Under the pieces are notes generated by a model. It was not told the origin of the DNA, did not search any database, and saw only the letters and a program-made list of their open reading frames with translations. Made by a program: the position numbers and the translations under genes. Shown piece by piece: positions 23,207-32,415 of a stretch of 64,000 nucleotides of DNA. Each line of letters starts with the position of its first letter. Position 1 is the first letter of the stretch. This stretch comes from Nitrospirota bacterium (GTDB lineage: Bacteria; Nitrospirota; UBA9217). Where the stretch lies: positions 32,001-96,000 of the forward strand of contig CAVUHW010000018.1 in assembly GCA_963741205.1 (NCBI GenBank), in the 5' to 3' direction.

Positions 23207-24860
23207 TGAATAACCCGCCCCTGAACCATTTACATGGTTGCAGTGGGGGTTTCACGGATCATAGAAGCATGCAGTCCCTGAGTAGTTCCCAAGGCCTGTC
23301 TTATCTGCCTCTCCCCGCGCGTGACTTCGGCCGGTTCCCGGCCTAGTTTTTCCTTCTTCCTTAGCCGCATGGCGCGCTTGTGATACTTTACGGCAATTTC
23401 GCCGGACACAAGCATTTTTATGCCGCGCTTCTTGATAACGATAGACGCATTGGTATCGGCGTTTTCCGTAAAGCCACAGCTCTGGCAATCGAACACCGCC
23501 TGTGACTGGCGATTGTCCGGGTGAGTGTGCGAACACTTCGAACACTCCTGTGAGGTGCCGTGCGGCGGTATGGCGATAACGAGCTTGTTGCGTCGTGAGG
23601 CTTTGTACGTCGTAAAGAGTTTTACCTTGCCCCACGCTGATTCGAGTATGGACTTGTTGAGACCGGCCTTGGCCTTTGCCCCGTTCGCAATATACGTCCC
23701 GCCGGCTGACTTCTTAGGTTTTGGCGCTCTGGTCATGTTCTTGACCTTGAGGTCCTCGAAGACGAACACCTCTGCGGGTGAATCCACGAGCTTGCGGCTG
23801 GCCTTATGCGCGAAATCATGCCTCACGTTGGCAGCATACGCCTGGCACCGGGCTGATTTCGCAACTGATTGCCTAAAGCGGCCGGATCCTTTGCTCCGCC
23901 TCGCCATTTGCCTCTGATATCTCTTCTTCCGGGCATCCTTTTTTAACAGACGCTCTTGTTGGATGCTGGAGAAGTCATACATAAATCCGTCGCTCGTTGC
24001 CAGCGGGATTTTCACCCCTCGGTCCATTCCCAGGGCAACGGTATTGAGACTCTCTGATGACATGCCGCCGTAAAGCTCGAGAAGTTCCTGCTCGCTTAAA
24101 ACTGCGCCTTGCTTCTCATAGGAGAAGGAGACATACCATTTCCCGGACTCCCGGGAAATGGTGATAGCCGCCGGAACCTCGTACTCATCATGAGCCTTGA
24201 ACTTAAGTTCGCCCAGATCGACCGACTTCGTGCCAAGCATCAGCCGGTGCTCATATATTGTTTTGTCTTGCCGCTGTTTTGAGCCTCCAGTAGGAACGAA
24301 CCTGAACAGCTCGCTGGTAATCCAGACGGACTGCCGTCCTGCCTTCTTTTTATAAGCAGGGCGACCAGCCAGTCCTGTCAGGTACCTCTTGCAGGCGCCC
24401 ATGAACCTGGTTGCGCCATTCCTTAGGATATGAGACGGCACATCATACAGAAACGGGGCGAGTTTCTTGTCCTTGAACTGGGCGTATTGCTGATCAATCG
24501 GCGGCTGTAGTCCGGTTAGCGACAGTGAATGATTCCGGAAAGTACGGAAATAACGCTCCTCGGCAACCTTGGCGTTGTAGATAAACCGCTGGCAGCCCAT
24601 CCACTGCGCGAGAATATCGGGCTGCTCCGTTGTCGGGTAGCAACGGAATTTTATGCCGCTTGAAAATCGCCATATCTCTAATATAGGTGATGAATCCTGA
24701 TAGTGCAACTCAATAATACGCTGCAGCCATCGGTACTATATTATAAGATTGCATATCGTTTCGTAGCACAGACAACGCACCAATCCACATCCAAAACAAG
24801 TCCGCTTGACCCCCTCCTGGCGCTTCACCCCTAGCAGGGGGAATGCGCGGACTTTAGTTC
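23207..24860 (-). mobile_element. IS200/IS605-family element carrying tnpB, with a possible tnpA remnant
   Basis: tnpB ORF; the minus-strand right end reads ..ggcgggttaTTCA; hairpin-forming left-end region ~24810-24860; boundaries inferred. Confidence 0.7.
23230..24708 (-). CDS. tnpB: TnpB RNA-guided endonuclease
   Basis: KFRCYPT N-terminus; RuvC GMDRG, FEDL, NADTNA; zinc finger CSKC..CQSC; true start possibly 24673. Confidence 0.93.
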   Translation of the reverse strand: MHYQDSSPILEIWRFSSGIKFRCYPTTEQPDILAQWMGCQRFIYNAKVAEERYFRTFRNHSLSLTGLQPPIDQQYAQFKDKKLAPFLYDVPSHILRNGATRFMGACKRYLTGLAGRPAYKKKAGRQSVWITSELFRFVPTGGSKQRQDKTIYEHRLMLGTKSVDLGELKFKAHDEYEVPAAITISRESGKWYVSFSYEKQGAVLSEQELLELYGGMSSESLNTVALGMDRGVKIPLATSDGFMYDFSSIQQERLLKKDARKKRYQRQMARRSKGSGRFRQSVAKSARCQAYAANVRHDFAHKASRKLVDSPAEVFVFEDLKVKNMTRAPKPKKSAGGTYIANGAKAKAGLNKSILESAWGKVKLFTTYKASRRNKLVIAIPPHGTSQECSKCSHTHPDNRQSQAVFDCQSCGFTENADTNASIVIKKRGIKMLVSGEIAVKYHKRAMRLRKKEKLGREPAEVTRGERQIRQALGTTQGLHASMIRETPTATM

Positions 24861-24895
24861 ATGAAACATTTTCAGGCTTCGTGTATGAGGCAAGG

Positions 24896-25546
24896 TCAAA
24901 CATACCCATTGTGAATCGCGTATTTTACGAGGTCGGCAGTTTTTCTGAGTTTCAGTTTGTCCATGAGGTTTGCGCGATGATGGTCTACGGTGCGGACGCT
25001 TATACAAAGAATTTCGGCGGTCTCCCGGGATGATTTTCCTTCCGCTATAAGCTTGAGTACCTCCCTTTCGCGGGTGGACAGGCATTCGCCTTGACCGGAG
25101 GGTTGGCCATCTCCCTTCTCCTCCAGTTTCCGGAACGCAATCAACTCCTGCGAGAGCGAAGGAGACGCGTAAAACGCCCCTTGCCGGATTTTTTTTATGG
25201 CGGAAAAGAGCTCCGTGTCGGCGTCTTCCTTCAGGAGATAGCCGTCGGCGCCTGACGCGAGCGACTGATAGAAATATTCCTTGTCCTTGTGCATCGTGAG
25301 GATCAGCACCTTCACCCCGGGCTGCCGGGATTTGATCTCGCAAACGGCCTCGATTCCGCGAAGATGCGGCATCGAGATATCGAGGACAACCATATCGGGG
25401 ACCGTCTTATTCAGCAGACTGATGAGTTCCAGGCCGTTTCCTGCCTCCCCAACGACCTCCATTTCAGGCGACTCCTCGACTATCCGTCTCAGTCCCTGGC
25501 GAAGCAGGACATGATCATCAACCAATACAATGCGATAGGGGCTCAT
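24896..25546 (-). CDS. NarL/LuxR-family response regulator (paralog of 8735..9425)
   Basis: Intact REC + LuxR HTH. Confidence 0.93.
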   Translation of the reverse strand: MSPYRIVLVDDHVLLRQGLRRIVEESPEMEVVGEAGNGLELISLLNKTVPDMVVLDISMPHLRGIEAVCEIKSRQPGVKVLILTMHKDKEYFYQSLASGADGYLLKEDADTELFSAIKKIRQGAFYASPSLSQELIAFRKLEEKGDGQPSGQGECLSTREREVLKLIAEGKSSRETAEILCISVRTVDHHRANLMDKLKLRKTADLVKYAIHNGYV

Positions 25547-25674
25547 GGCTTTCTTCTCCCTGATTTCGTGCCCGTTAACGGCTCTCAAAACAGTAAACGA
25601 ATGTATCGGCGATTAACGTGTTCGGGATGACAGCAGCAAGTAACGGCTGCCCGTGCAGTTTCTATTACCGAATA

Positions 25675-27187
25675 TTATTGGTACTTTGCAATTCGCTCTC
25701 GGGAGTTTGCGTACCAGCCCACGGGAATATTGAACGCGATATGCGTACCCTTTCCCTGCTCGCTCCAGACTGACAGGCCCCCCCCCAGCATGCTGACCCG
25801 CTCCTCCATGCTCACCAATCCCAGGCCCCTGACAGTCGCACCCCGGGCGTTGACCTCCGTCTTCTCGAACCCTTTCCCGTCGTCTTCGATGATGACAGTG
25901 ACGCTCCCCCGGCCACTTCCGATGGCCAGTCTGGCGCTTCCGGCCCCGGAATGCTTTACAATGTTCGTGAGGGCCTCCTGCACGATCCGGTAGATGCTCG
26001 TTTGTGCCTCCTTGGAAAGAAGAGGATCGACGTCCTTTATGTTTAGGGTGAGCCGTATGCCGTAGGCTCTTCGTAAAGTCGTCGGCCAGCAACTTGAGCG
26101 CCCGCGTGAGGCCGAGATCTTCAAGAATGAGCGGGCACAGGTCCCGCGAAAGCCTGCGCACGTTTTCGATGACCGTATTGATATACTTCAGGGTGCTCTC
26201 GCACTCCCCGCGGAGCGCGCCCTGATCTTCCCGTAATTGTTTTTCGAACGGATCGCAGTTGGAATTTCATAAGGGTCAGGGACTGCCCCAGATCATCATG
26301 GAGTTCCCGGGAAACCTTTTTCCGTTCCTCTTCCTGGGCCGAGAGAAGCCTCGAAGAGAGGTACCGGAGCTGTGTCTGCGAGTCCTTCAGCGCCGTCTCT
26401 GTCTGTACGCGCTCGGCGATTTCAAGCGTGAGTCTCGCATTCGACGAGGTCAGTTCCTTCGTCCGCGCGTCAACCAGTTCAGTCAGGTGTTCGCGGTGGC
26501 CCTTCAATTCTTCAGCCTGGGACAGGAGCTTTTGGTTGGCCAAAAGCAGAGCATCCTCCGAAGCCTTGCGCCGCTGCTCCCTGTACAGGAGACCCCATGC
26601 CGCGCTGATCACGATAAACATCCAGACAAGGACAATGCCCACAAAGAGTTGGCCCGACTGCCGTTGATTTCTGACCAGATCGGCCTGGACGCTATCTTCC
26701 AGTTCCCTGGCCTGCTTCAGGATTGTACCAAAGATATCGTCAAACCTCTGGTCAAGTTCCGAGCCGATCCCCGCCTTTTCGGGTTGTTGCTGCCTCACAA
26801 GTGCCAGCGCTTTAAAGCTTTTCAGAAGAGTCTGAATGCCCTCCGCCTGCCTCCTCTGGTCCGCATCTTTAAGAGGCTGCGGGATCCGGCCATGTTCTGA
26901 TTCGCCGCCAATCGAGAAGGGTATTGCAAAGCGTGACTGCCCGCGTCATAGTCTTCCCAGGCCTTCTTCATGTCTATATTCGTGTCACCCGCAAGGGCCT
27001 CCTCGAACCAGAGATGGAAGGTCGAAGTGTGTATTTGCACATCCATGATTGCATCGATCATCAAATAATTGTTGCGCTGCTTTTCGTGGATACGGTCGGT
27101 CCAGAGGAGCAAGACAGCCGCAAGCGCTCCGAGCAGCAAAACGACGGCCGGCATCCAGTTCGGGTGTAACAACGTTTTCCGGATCAT
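25675..27187 (-). CDS. Membrane sensor histidine kinase (HisKA_3, NarX type), frameshifted
   Basis: QEEERKKVSRELHDDLGQ, YRIVQEALTNIVKHS, GLGLVSMEERV; periplasmic FHLWFEE domain. Confidence 0.88.
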
Positions 27188-27297
27188 AGGTCGATCCCCA
27201 TTTTCTTCATGACAAGCTGATGCCAGGACTTATTCATCTTTTACGTTGACTTCTTCTTGGAACTATCTTAAGGCGCTATAACTCAATAGTCCTTCGC

Positions 27298-27313
27298 AGC
27301 AAAGCTTATGCCA
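27298..27313 (-). promoter_or_regulatory. sigma54 promoter for the regulatory operon
   Basis: Minus strand TGGCATAAGCTTTGCT. Confidence 0.8.
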
Positions 27314-27387
27314 GAAGTGATTGATATAAATGTATATTAAAAAACAGCTAGTTATAATAGCTGAAAAAACAAAAAAACACACAACAC

Positions 27388-27414
27388 GTTCACTATGGGC
27401 CGGTCAATTTGAAT
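27388..27414. promoter_or_regulatory. Putative enhancer (tandem GTTCA-N3-TGAAC-like)
   Basis: gttcactatgggc-c-ggtcaatttgaat. Confidence 0.55.
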
Positions 27415-27428
27415 GAGTCATTCAATTC

Positions 27429-28808
27429 TTACTGTCGTTTTATGATCTCTCGCGCCGCAACGATTCCCGAAATAGACGCCTGAACAAGCCCTCTCGTAAT
27501 CCCCGCCCCATCCCCGACGGCGAACAGGTTTTTAACCTCTGTTTCGAGAACGCCGTTCAGCTTCAGTCTCATTGAATAAAACTTCACTTCCACTCCGTAC
27601 AGGAGGGTATCGCCGGAATTCACGCCGGGGGCGACGTTATCGAGGACCTCGAGCATTTCGGTGATATTGTGGAGATGACGGTAGGGAAGGACGAAACTCA
27701 GGTCCCCCGGCGTCGCATCTTCGAGCGTAGGCCGTACCGAGCCGTCGGCAATGCGTCCGTGCGTGGAGCGCCTTCCCATTTTGAGGTCGCCGAGCCGCTG
27801 GAGGATCACTCCCCTGCCGATGAGGTTCGCCAAACCCGCGATGTACTTGCCGTATGATATGGGATCATCAAAGGGCTCGGTAAAGTCCGTGCTCACGAGA
27901 AGCGCGAAGTTCGTATTCTCCGTCCTGCGGTTTCTGTAGCTGTGGCCGTTCACGCTGTAAATGCCCTCGCTGTATTCCTTCACCACTTCACCGAAGGGGT
28001 TCATGCAGAAGGTGCGCACCTTGTCGCGGAATCGCTTTGTGGAATAGAGAAACTTTCCTTCATATGCCGCGTCGGTGATCTCTCTCATGACCGTCGCCGG
28101 AAGTTCAACCCGCACGCCGATGTCAACGGGGTTCTTTTGGAGCGAAAGCCCTACCCGCTTTGCCTCGGCGGAAAGCCATGAAGACCCTTCCCTGCCGACC
28201 GCGATGACGACGTATCGCGCTTCATAGGTGTCTCCGCGATCGGTCGTTACTCCGGAAACAGTGCCGTTCTGCGACGCGATGAGACGAACGGACGTGTCAA
28301 AGAGAACGTCCGCCTTGCCATTCAGTTCGTCCTTGAGGTTCTGCAAAACCTCTTTGCAGAGGTCGGTGCCGATATGCCTGATCCGCGCCGGGATCAAATC
28401 GAGGTTGTATCCTGCAGCCTTTTTCTTGAGATGGGACAAGGCTGCGCTGTTTTCGCCATGCACATTGCCCCCGGCGCCGAAAGAACAGTATATCGAATCC
28501 ACATAATCGATGAAGGATAGGAGGTCTTCCGCAGGGAGATACTCTTTAAGCCGGCCGCCGAAATCAGGAGTGAGCGTGAGTTTGCCGTCGCTGTAAGCGC
28601 CCGCGCCTCCCCAGCCGCAGAGGATGCTGCAAAGCCCGCATTGTACGCAGGATGTCGATGATTCAATCATGGGGCAGGCGCGGTGCTCGAGATCGCCGCC
28701 CTTTTCAATCATCAGAATTTTGAAGTGATTTTTTTTGGTGAGTTCGAGGGCCGTGAAGATGCCCGCCGGGCCCGAGCCGATGATGATGACATCGTAGGAG
28801 GAAGGCAT
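27429..28808 (-). CDS. FAD-dependent oxidoreductase (uncharacterised, COG2509-like)
   Basis: IIGSGPAG, Cys cluster, GWGGAGAYSDGKL, RTFCMNP, VNGHS, GDGAGITRG. Confidence 0.88.
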   Translation of the reverse strand: MPSSYDVIIIGSGPAGIFTALELTKKNHFKILMIEKGGDLEHRACPMIESSTSCVQCGLCSILCGWGGAGAYSDGKLTLTPDFGGRLKEYLPAEDLLSFIDYVDSIYCSFGAGGNVHGENSAALSHLKKKAAGYNLDLIPARIRHIGTDLCKEVLQNLKDELNGKADVLFDTSVRLIASQNGTVSGVTTDRGDTYEARYVVIAVGREGSSWLSAEAKRVGLSLQKNPVDIGVRVELPATVMREITDAAYEGKFLYSTKRFRDKVRTFCMNPFGEVVKEYSEGIYSVNGHSYRNRRTENTNFALLVSTDFTEPFDDPISYGKYIAGLANLIGRGVILQRLGDLKMGRRSTHGRIADGSVRPTLEDATPGDLSFVLPYRHLHNITEMLEVLDNVAPGVNSGDTLLYGVEVKFYSMRLKLNGVLETEVKNLFAVGDGAGITRGLVQASISGIVAAREIIKRQ

Positions 28809-28848
28809 GGTTTTATTCTACCATGGAATGCGTGACAATGGACGAGAG

Positions 28849-29045
28849 ACAGAAGGGACGACGGACGAGGGATGACGGACGAGGGATGACGGACGAGGGA
28901 CGAAGGTCGAGAGATGCAGGAAGCAAACGCTTTTTCGTCCATCGTCCTAGCGAACGAAGTGAGCGGTAGTCCATCATCCCTCATACATTATCTGTCCGTC
29001 GTCCACCGTCCGAGGGAGCGAAGCGAACGCTCGTCCTTCGTCCCT
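28849..29045. repeat. Short tandem repeats arranged as inverted arms
   Basis: (gacggacgagggat) about three times, followed by tcgtcc-rich complementary tracts. Confidence 0.7.
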
Positions 29046-29062
29046 GTCTTTTTTCGGCCCCC

Positions 29063-29518
29063 TCATTTGCGCGTCCGCAGGAAATTGACCAGACTCCACC
29101 TTTCCTCGGGCTCAAGCTTGTCCTGAAAGGCGGGCATGCGGCCGAAACCGAAGGTGACGGCCTTGAAGATGGTCGAGTCACTGAGGCCCTGCACCATGTC
29201 ATGGTCGAGGCCGGGCGGGGGCGGAACAAGCTTCTTGCCGACCGGACCGCGTTCCGCCGAGGTCTGGCCGTGGCACATGGCGCAGTTGATGTCGAAAAGC
29301 GCTTTCCCCAGGGCCAAAGACCCGGCGTCCGGCTTGACGGGATTCTTCAGCTCCATTTCCTGTGATACGATCTCCTTGCCCGAAACCGGCACGGCATCGG
29401 CCGGCGGGGACAGGACCGGCGCTTTGTACGGTTTATAAGACTGCTGGTCGTCCATCCAGATCGCCGCCATGAGCAAAGGCGCAGCGGCCAGTATGATCAG
29501 GCGAGCAATATATTTCAT
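29063..29518 (-). CDS. actE: Alternative complex III monoheme cytochrome c (ActE-like)
   Basis: MDDQ..KPY, CAMCH, GRMPAF; position in the operon. Confidence 0.8.
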   Translation of the reverse strand: MKYIARLIILAAAPLLMAAIWMDDQQSYKPYKAPVLSPPADAVPVSGKEIVSQEMELKNPVKPDAGSLALGKALFDINCAMCHGQTSAERGPVGKKLVPPPPGLDHDMVQGLSDSTIFKAVTFGFGRMPAFQDKLEPEERWSLVNFLRTRK

Positions 29519-30024
29519 AGCGCAGCCTCCGTAGTGATTCGCAACGCACCTGCATCCTGCATGATCTTCTCGGCCCGGCTGCTCTCCCACGTAGAGGGAG
29601 TGAAAACGCTGATCCCGATGGAGCCTTCGCCGATTGACGGGTCGTATACGCGCGCGCTCCGGGGCGGGAGATTCATTTCGACAAACATGCCTATGATAGC
29701 TCCCAGAATGGCAAAAAGCATCGTGAGCTCGTAGGCGATGATGCTGGTCGGGAAATAGGCGATGATCGGCTTGTCGCCCGTCTGGACCGGATACAGATAA
29801 GCAGTCCCTGCCGCCAGAAGAAAACCTGCACAGGCGCCGAAGATGCCGCCTGCCAGGGAGACCCGGCGAAACCGGGTGCGCTGGTCGGTCTTTACGATCA
29901 CACCGTCGGGATAGGGAACGGAGGTGAGCGACGTGATCGTCTTCTCAGAAAACCCCGCCTTGACCAGGCTGTCAACTGCCTTCGCTGCAGCCTGAACGTC
30001 TATGAATGTTCCGAGTGTTTCCAT
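29515..30024 (-). CDS. actD: Alternative complex III subunit D (DUF3341)
   Basis: Two TM helices, YPVQTGDKP, IAYELTMLFA. Confidence 0.8.
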   Translation of the reverse strand: METLGTFIDVQAAAKAVDSLVKAGFSEKTITSLTSVPYPDGVIVKTDQRTRFRRVSLAGGIFGACAGFLLAAGTAYLYPVQTGDKPIIAYFPTSIIAYELTMLFAILGAIIGMFVEMNLPPRSARVYDPSIGEGSIGISVFTPSTWESSRAEKIMQDAGALRITTEAAL

Positions 30025-30107
30025 TCGTTCACCTCTTGCGCATAGCGCATAGAGCATGGCGTTTGAATCTTTTTTGCTATGCGCTTAGCGCTATGCGATC
30101 TAACCGC

Positions 30108-31476
30108 TTACTCTTCTTCCGTAAGCGAATGCACTTCTGCCCGTCCGAGCCTGACATCGGCATGGCGGACCCCGAGTTCCCGCACATCGGTCACCGCCAC
30201 CATCGGGAAAAATTTTGCAAAAAGCGTATACATGAGCATGAACCCGGCGAAGGCAGCCGCGGTCACGGAAAGCTCCACCCACGAGGGAGAATAGGTGCCC
30301 CAGACGAAGGGCATGTTCTTATGAGAAAGCGACGGAATGATGATAAGGTAGCGTTCGATGAACATGCCCACGTTGACCAGGACGGTGATCGCGAGCATGG
30401 CTTTCACCGAACGCCTGATCTTCTTGAAGCAGAGGGCCGTGATGGGCAGCACGGCGTTGCCGATAAGCATAAGGATGAGCAGCGGCGTATATTTTCCTGC
30501 CATGAAGCTGAAGACCTCCCATTCGATCGGATGATGAGCGTACCACGTTGTCTGGACCTCGACGAAATAAGCATAGGCCCAGAGCAGGCAGATGACAAGC
30601 AGGAGCTTCCCCATGTTGTCGAAATGCAGCGGAGTGAGATAATCCTCCAGATGGAAAACCCTCCGGATGATGATCATGAGCGTGATGACCGCTGCAACGC
30701 CGGAGGTGATCGCGCCGATCACGAAGTAGGGAGGAAAGATCGTGCTGTGCCATCCCGGGACCACGGTGACGGCGAAGTCCCAGGCAACGATCGAATGCAC
30801 CGAGACGGCCACCGGGATGATGAGTGCCGCCATGAGCGTCGAGGCCTGGCGGAACACCACCCACTCCCGGGCCGTTCCCCGCCACCCCATGGCAAGGACG
30901 GCATAGATCTTTTTTCGCCAACCCGGAGGATCGGTCGCGGACCACGGCAAGGTCGGGAAGCATCCCCAGGTAGAGAAAGAGGCTGCTGCCGATGATATAG
31001 GTCGTGATCGCCGTCACATCCCACAAAAGCGGAGACCGGAAATTCGGCCAGAGCCCGCGCTGGTTGGGATAGGGCATGAAATAGTAGACGACCCAGTTGC
31101 GGCCCAGGTGAATGACCGGGAAGAGGCCGGCAACGGTGATGCTGAAAACGGTCATTGCCTCGGCGGCGCGCAGGATCGGTCTGCGCCAGTTGGCCTGGGA
31201 GAGGCGCAGGATAGCGGACACCATGGTCCCCGAATGGGAAAGGCCGACCCAGAAAACAAAATTGACGATGTAGATGCCCCACATGACCGGCCGGTCCAGG
31301 CCGGTTACGCTCAAGTCGGTCATCACCTGGTAGGTGAAGGCGGCGAGTCCCCACGCAACCACTGCCCCGAGGAAGAAGGCAAGCCCGTACCACTGCCAGG
31401 TCGGAGTGCGCATTGAGGAAAGCAGCTCGTCGTTAAGCTGTCCAGCGCTTTTTTCAGCGATTGCATGTTCAGACAT
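30108..31476 (-). CDS. actC: Alternative complex III NrfD-family membrane subunit C, frameshift ~30930
   Basis: WGIYIVNFVFWVGLSHSGT, RAAEAMT, HLGR, NFRSPLLWD, VHSIVAWDF, GWHSTIFPPYF. Confidence 0.9.
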
Positions 31477-31498
31477 ATGAATAACCTCAGATTCAATC

Positions 31499-31579
31499 TG
31501 TCATTCCTGCGGAAGCAGGAATCCATTTTGAAGATTATTTGATAAAAGCCATTGGATACCTGCTTTCGCAGGTATGACA
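31499..31579. repeat. Composite REP-like element
   Basis: tgtcattcctgcggaagcaggaatcca...tggatacctgctttcgcaggtatgaca. Confidence 0.8.
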
Positions 31580-31604
31580 AGCAATGAATTCGCTGTCAAT
31601 TGCC

Positions 31605-32325
31605 TCAGACATGCTCGCGTCCCCCTCCCTTGAGATAGGTGATCGACGGATGCGTGCCCAGGTGTTCCAGGAGCCGGAAGCCGCGCGGACTGCGGGAGAG
31701 CCTGCTGACCTGGCTCCGGGGGTCGGCAATGTTGCCGAAGACCAGGGCATCAGCGGGGCAGGTCTGGGCGCAGGCAGGCTGCACCTCGCCGTCCCTGATC
31801 AGCCGTCCTTCGGCCTTGGCCTCTTCCTTGGCCCGCCGGATGCGCTGGATGCAGAAGGAGCACTTTTCCATCACCCCGCGGCTGCGCACGGTGACGTCCG
31901 GGCTTAACTGGTTGTTGAGCGGGGACGGCCAGGCATGCTCATGATCGTAGAAGTTGAAGACCCGCACGGCGTAAGGGCAGTTGTTGCCGCAGTAACGGGT
32001 GCCGACGCAGCGGTTGTAGACCTGGCCGTTCAGCCCGTCGGGATTGTGGTAGCTGGCATAGACCGGGCAGACCGGCTCGCAGGGAGCATCGTGGCAGTGC
32101 TGGCAGAGTACGGGCAGGAAGCGCACCCGCACGTCCGGGTACTCGCCCACCCAGAAGCGCTCGATCCTGAGCCAGTGCATATCTGCGGCCCTGGGCGATC
32201 TCCTTCTTGGCGCAGATGGCCACGTTGTTCTCCGCCTGGCACGCGACCACGCAGGCGCCGCAGCCGGTGCAGCGGTCAAGGTCCACCACCATGCCCCATT
32301 TGTACGGGCTCGTCAGTTTTTCCAT
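31605..32325 (-). CDS. Alternative complex III iron-sulfur subunit (ActB2), frameshift ~32185
   Basis: CTGCGACVVAC, CQHC..PCEPVCP, CVGTRYCGNNCP, CSFC..CAQTCP. Confidence 0.9.
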
Positions 32326-32357
32326 TCTTGATGATCCTTATGCCATGTAAGGTATTG

Positions 32358-32412
32358 TCCTGACTCCTGACTCCTGCCTACTCCTGACTCCTGACTCCTG
32401 ATCTCTCTGACT
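32358..32412. repeat. Heptamer tandem repeat (TCCTGAC)n
   Basis: tcctgactcctgactcctgcctactcctgactcctgactcctg. Confidence 0.75.
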
Positions 32413-32415
32413 CTT

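Noticed and set aside
23230-24708. Cas12-type CRISPR effector
   Set aside because: No array or adaptation genes; size, motifs and ends fit IS200/IS605 TnpB.
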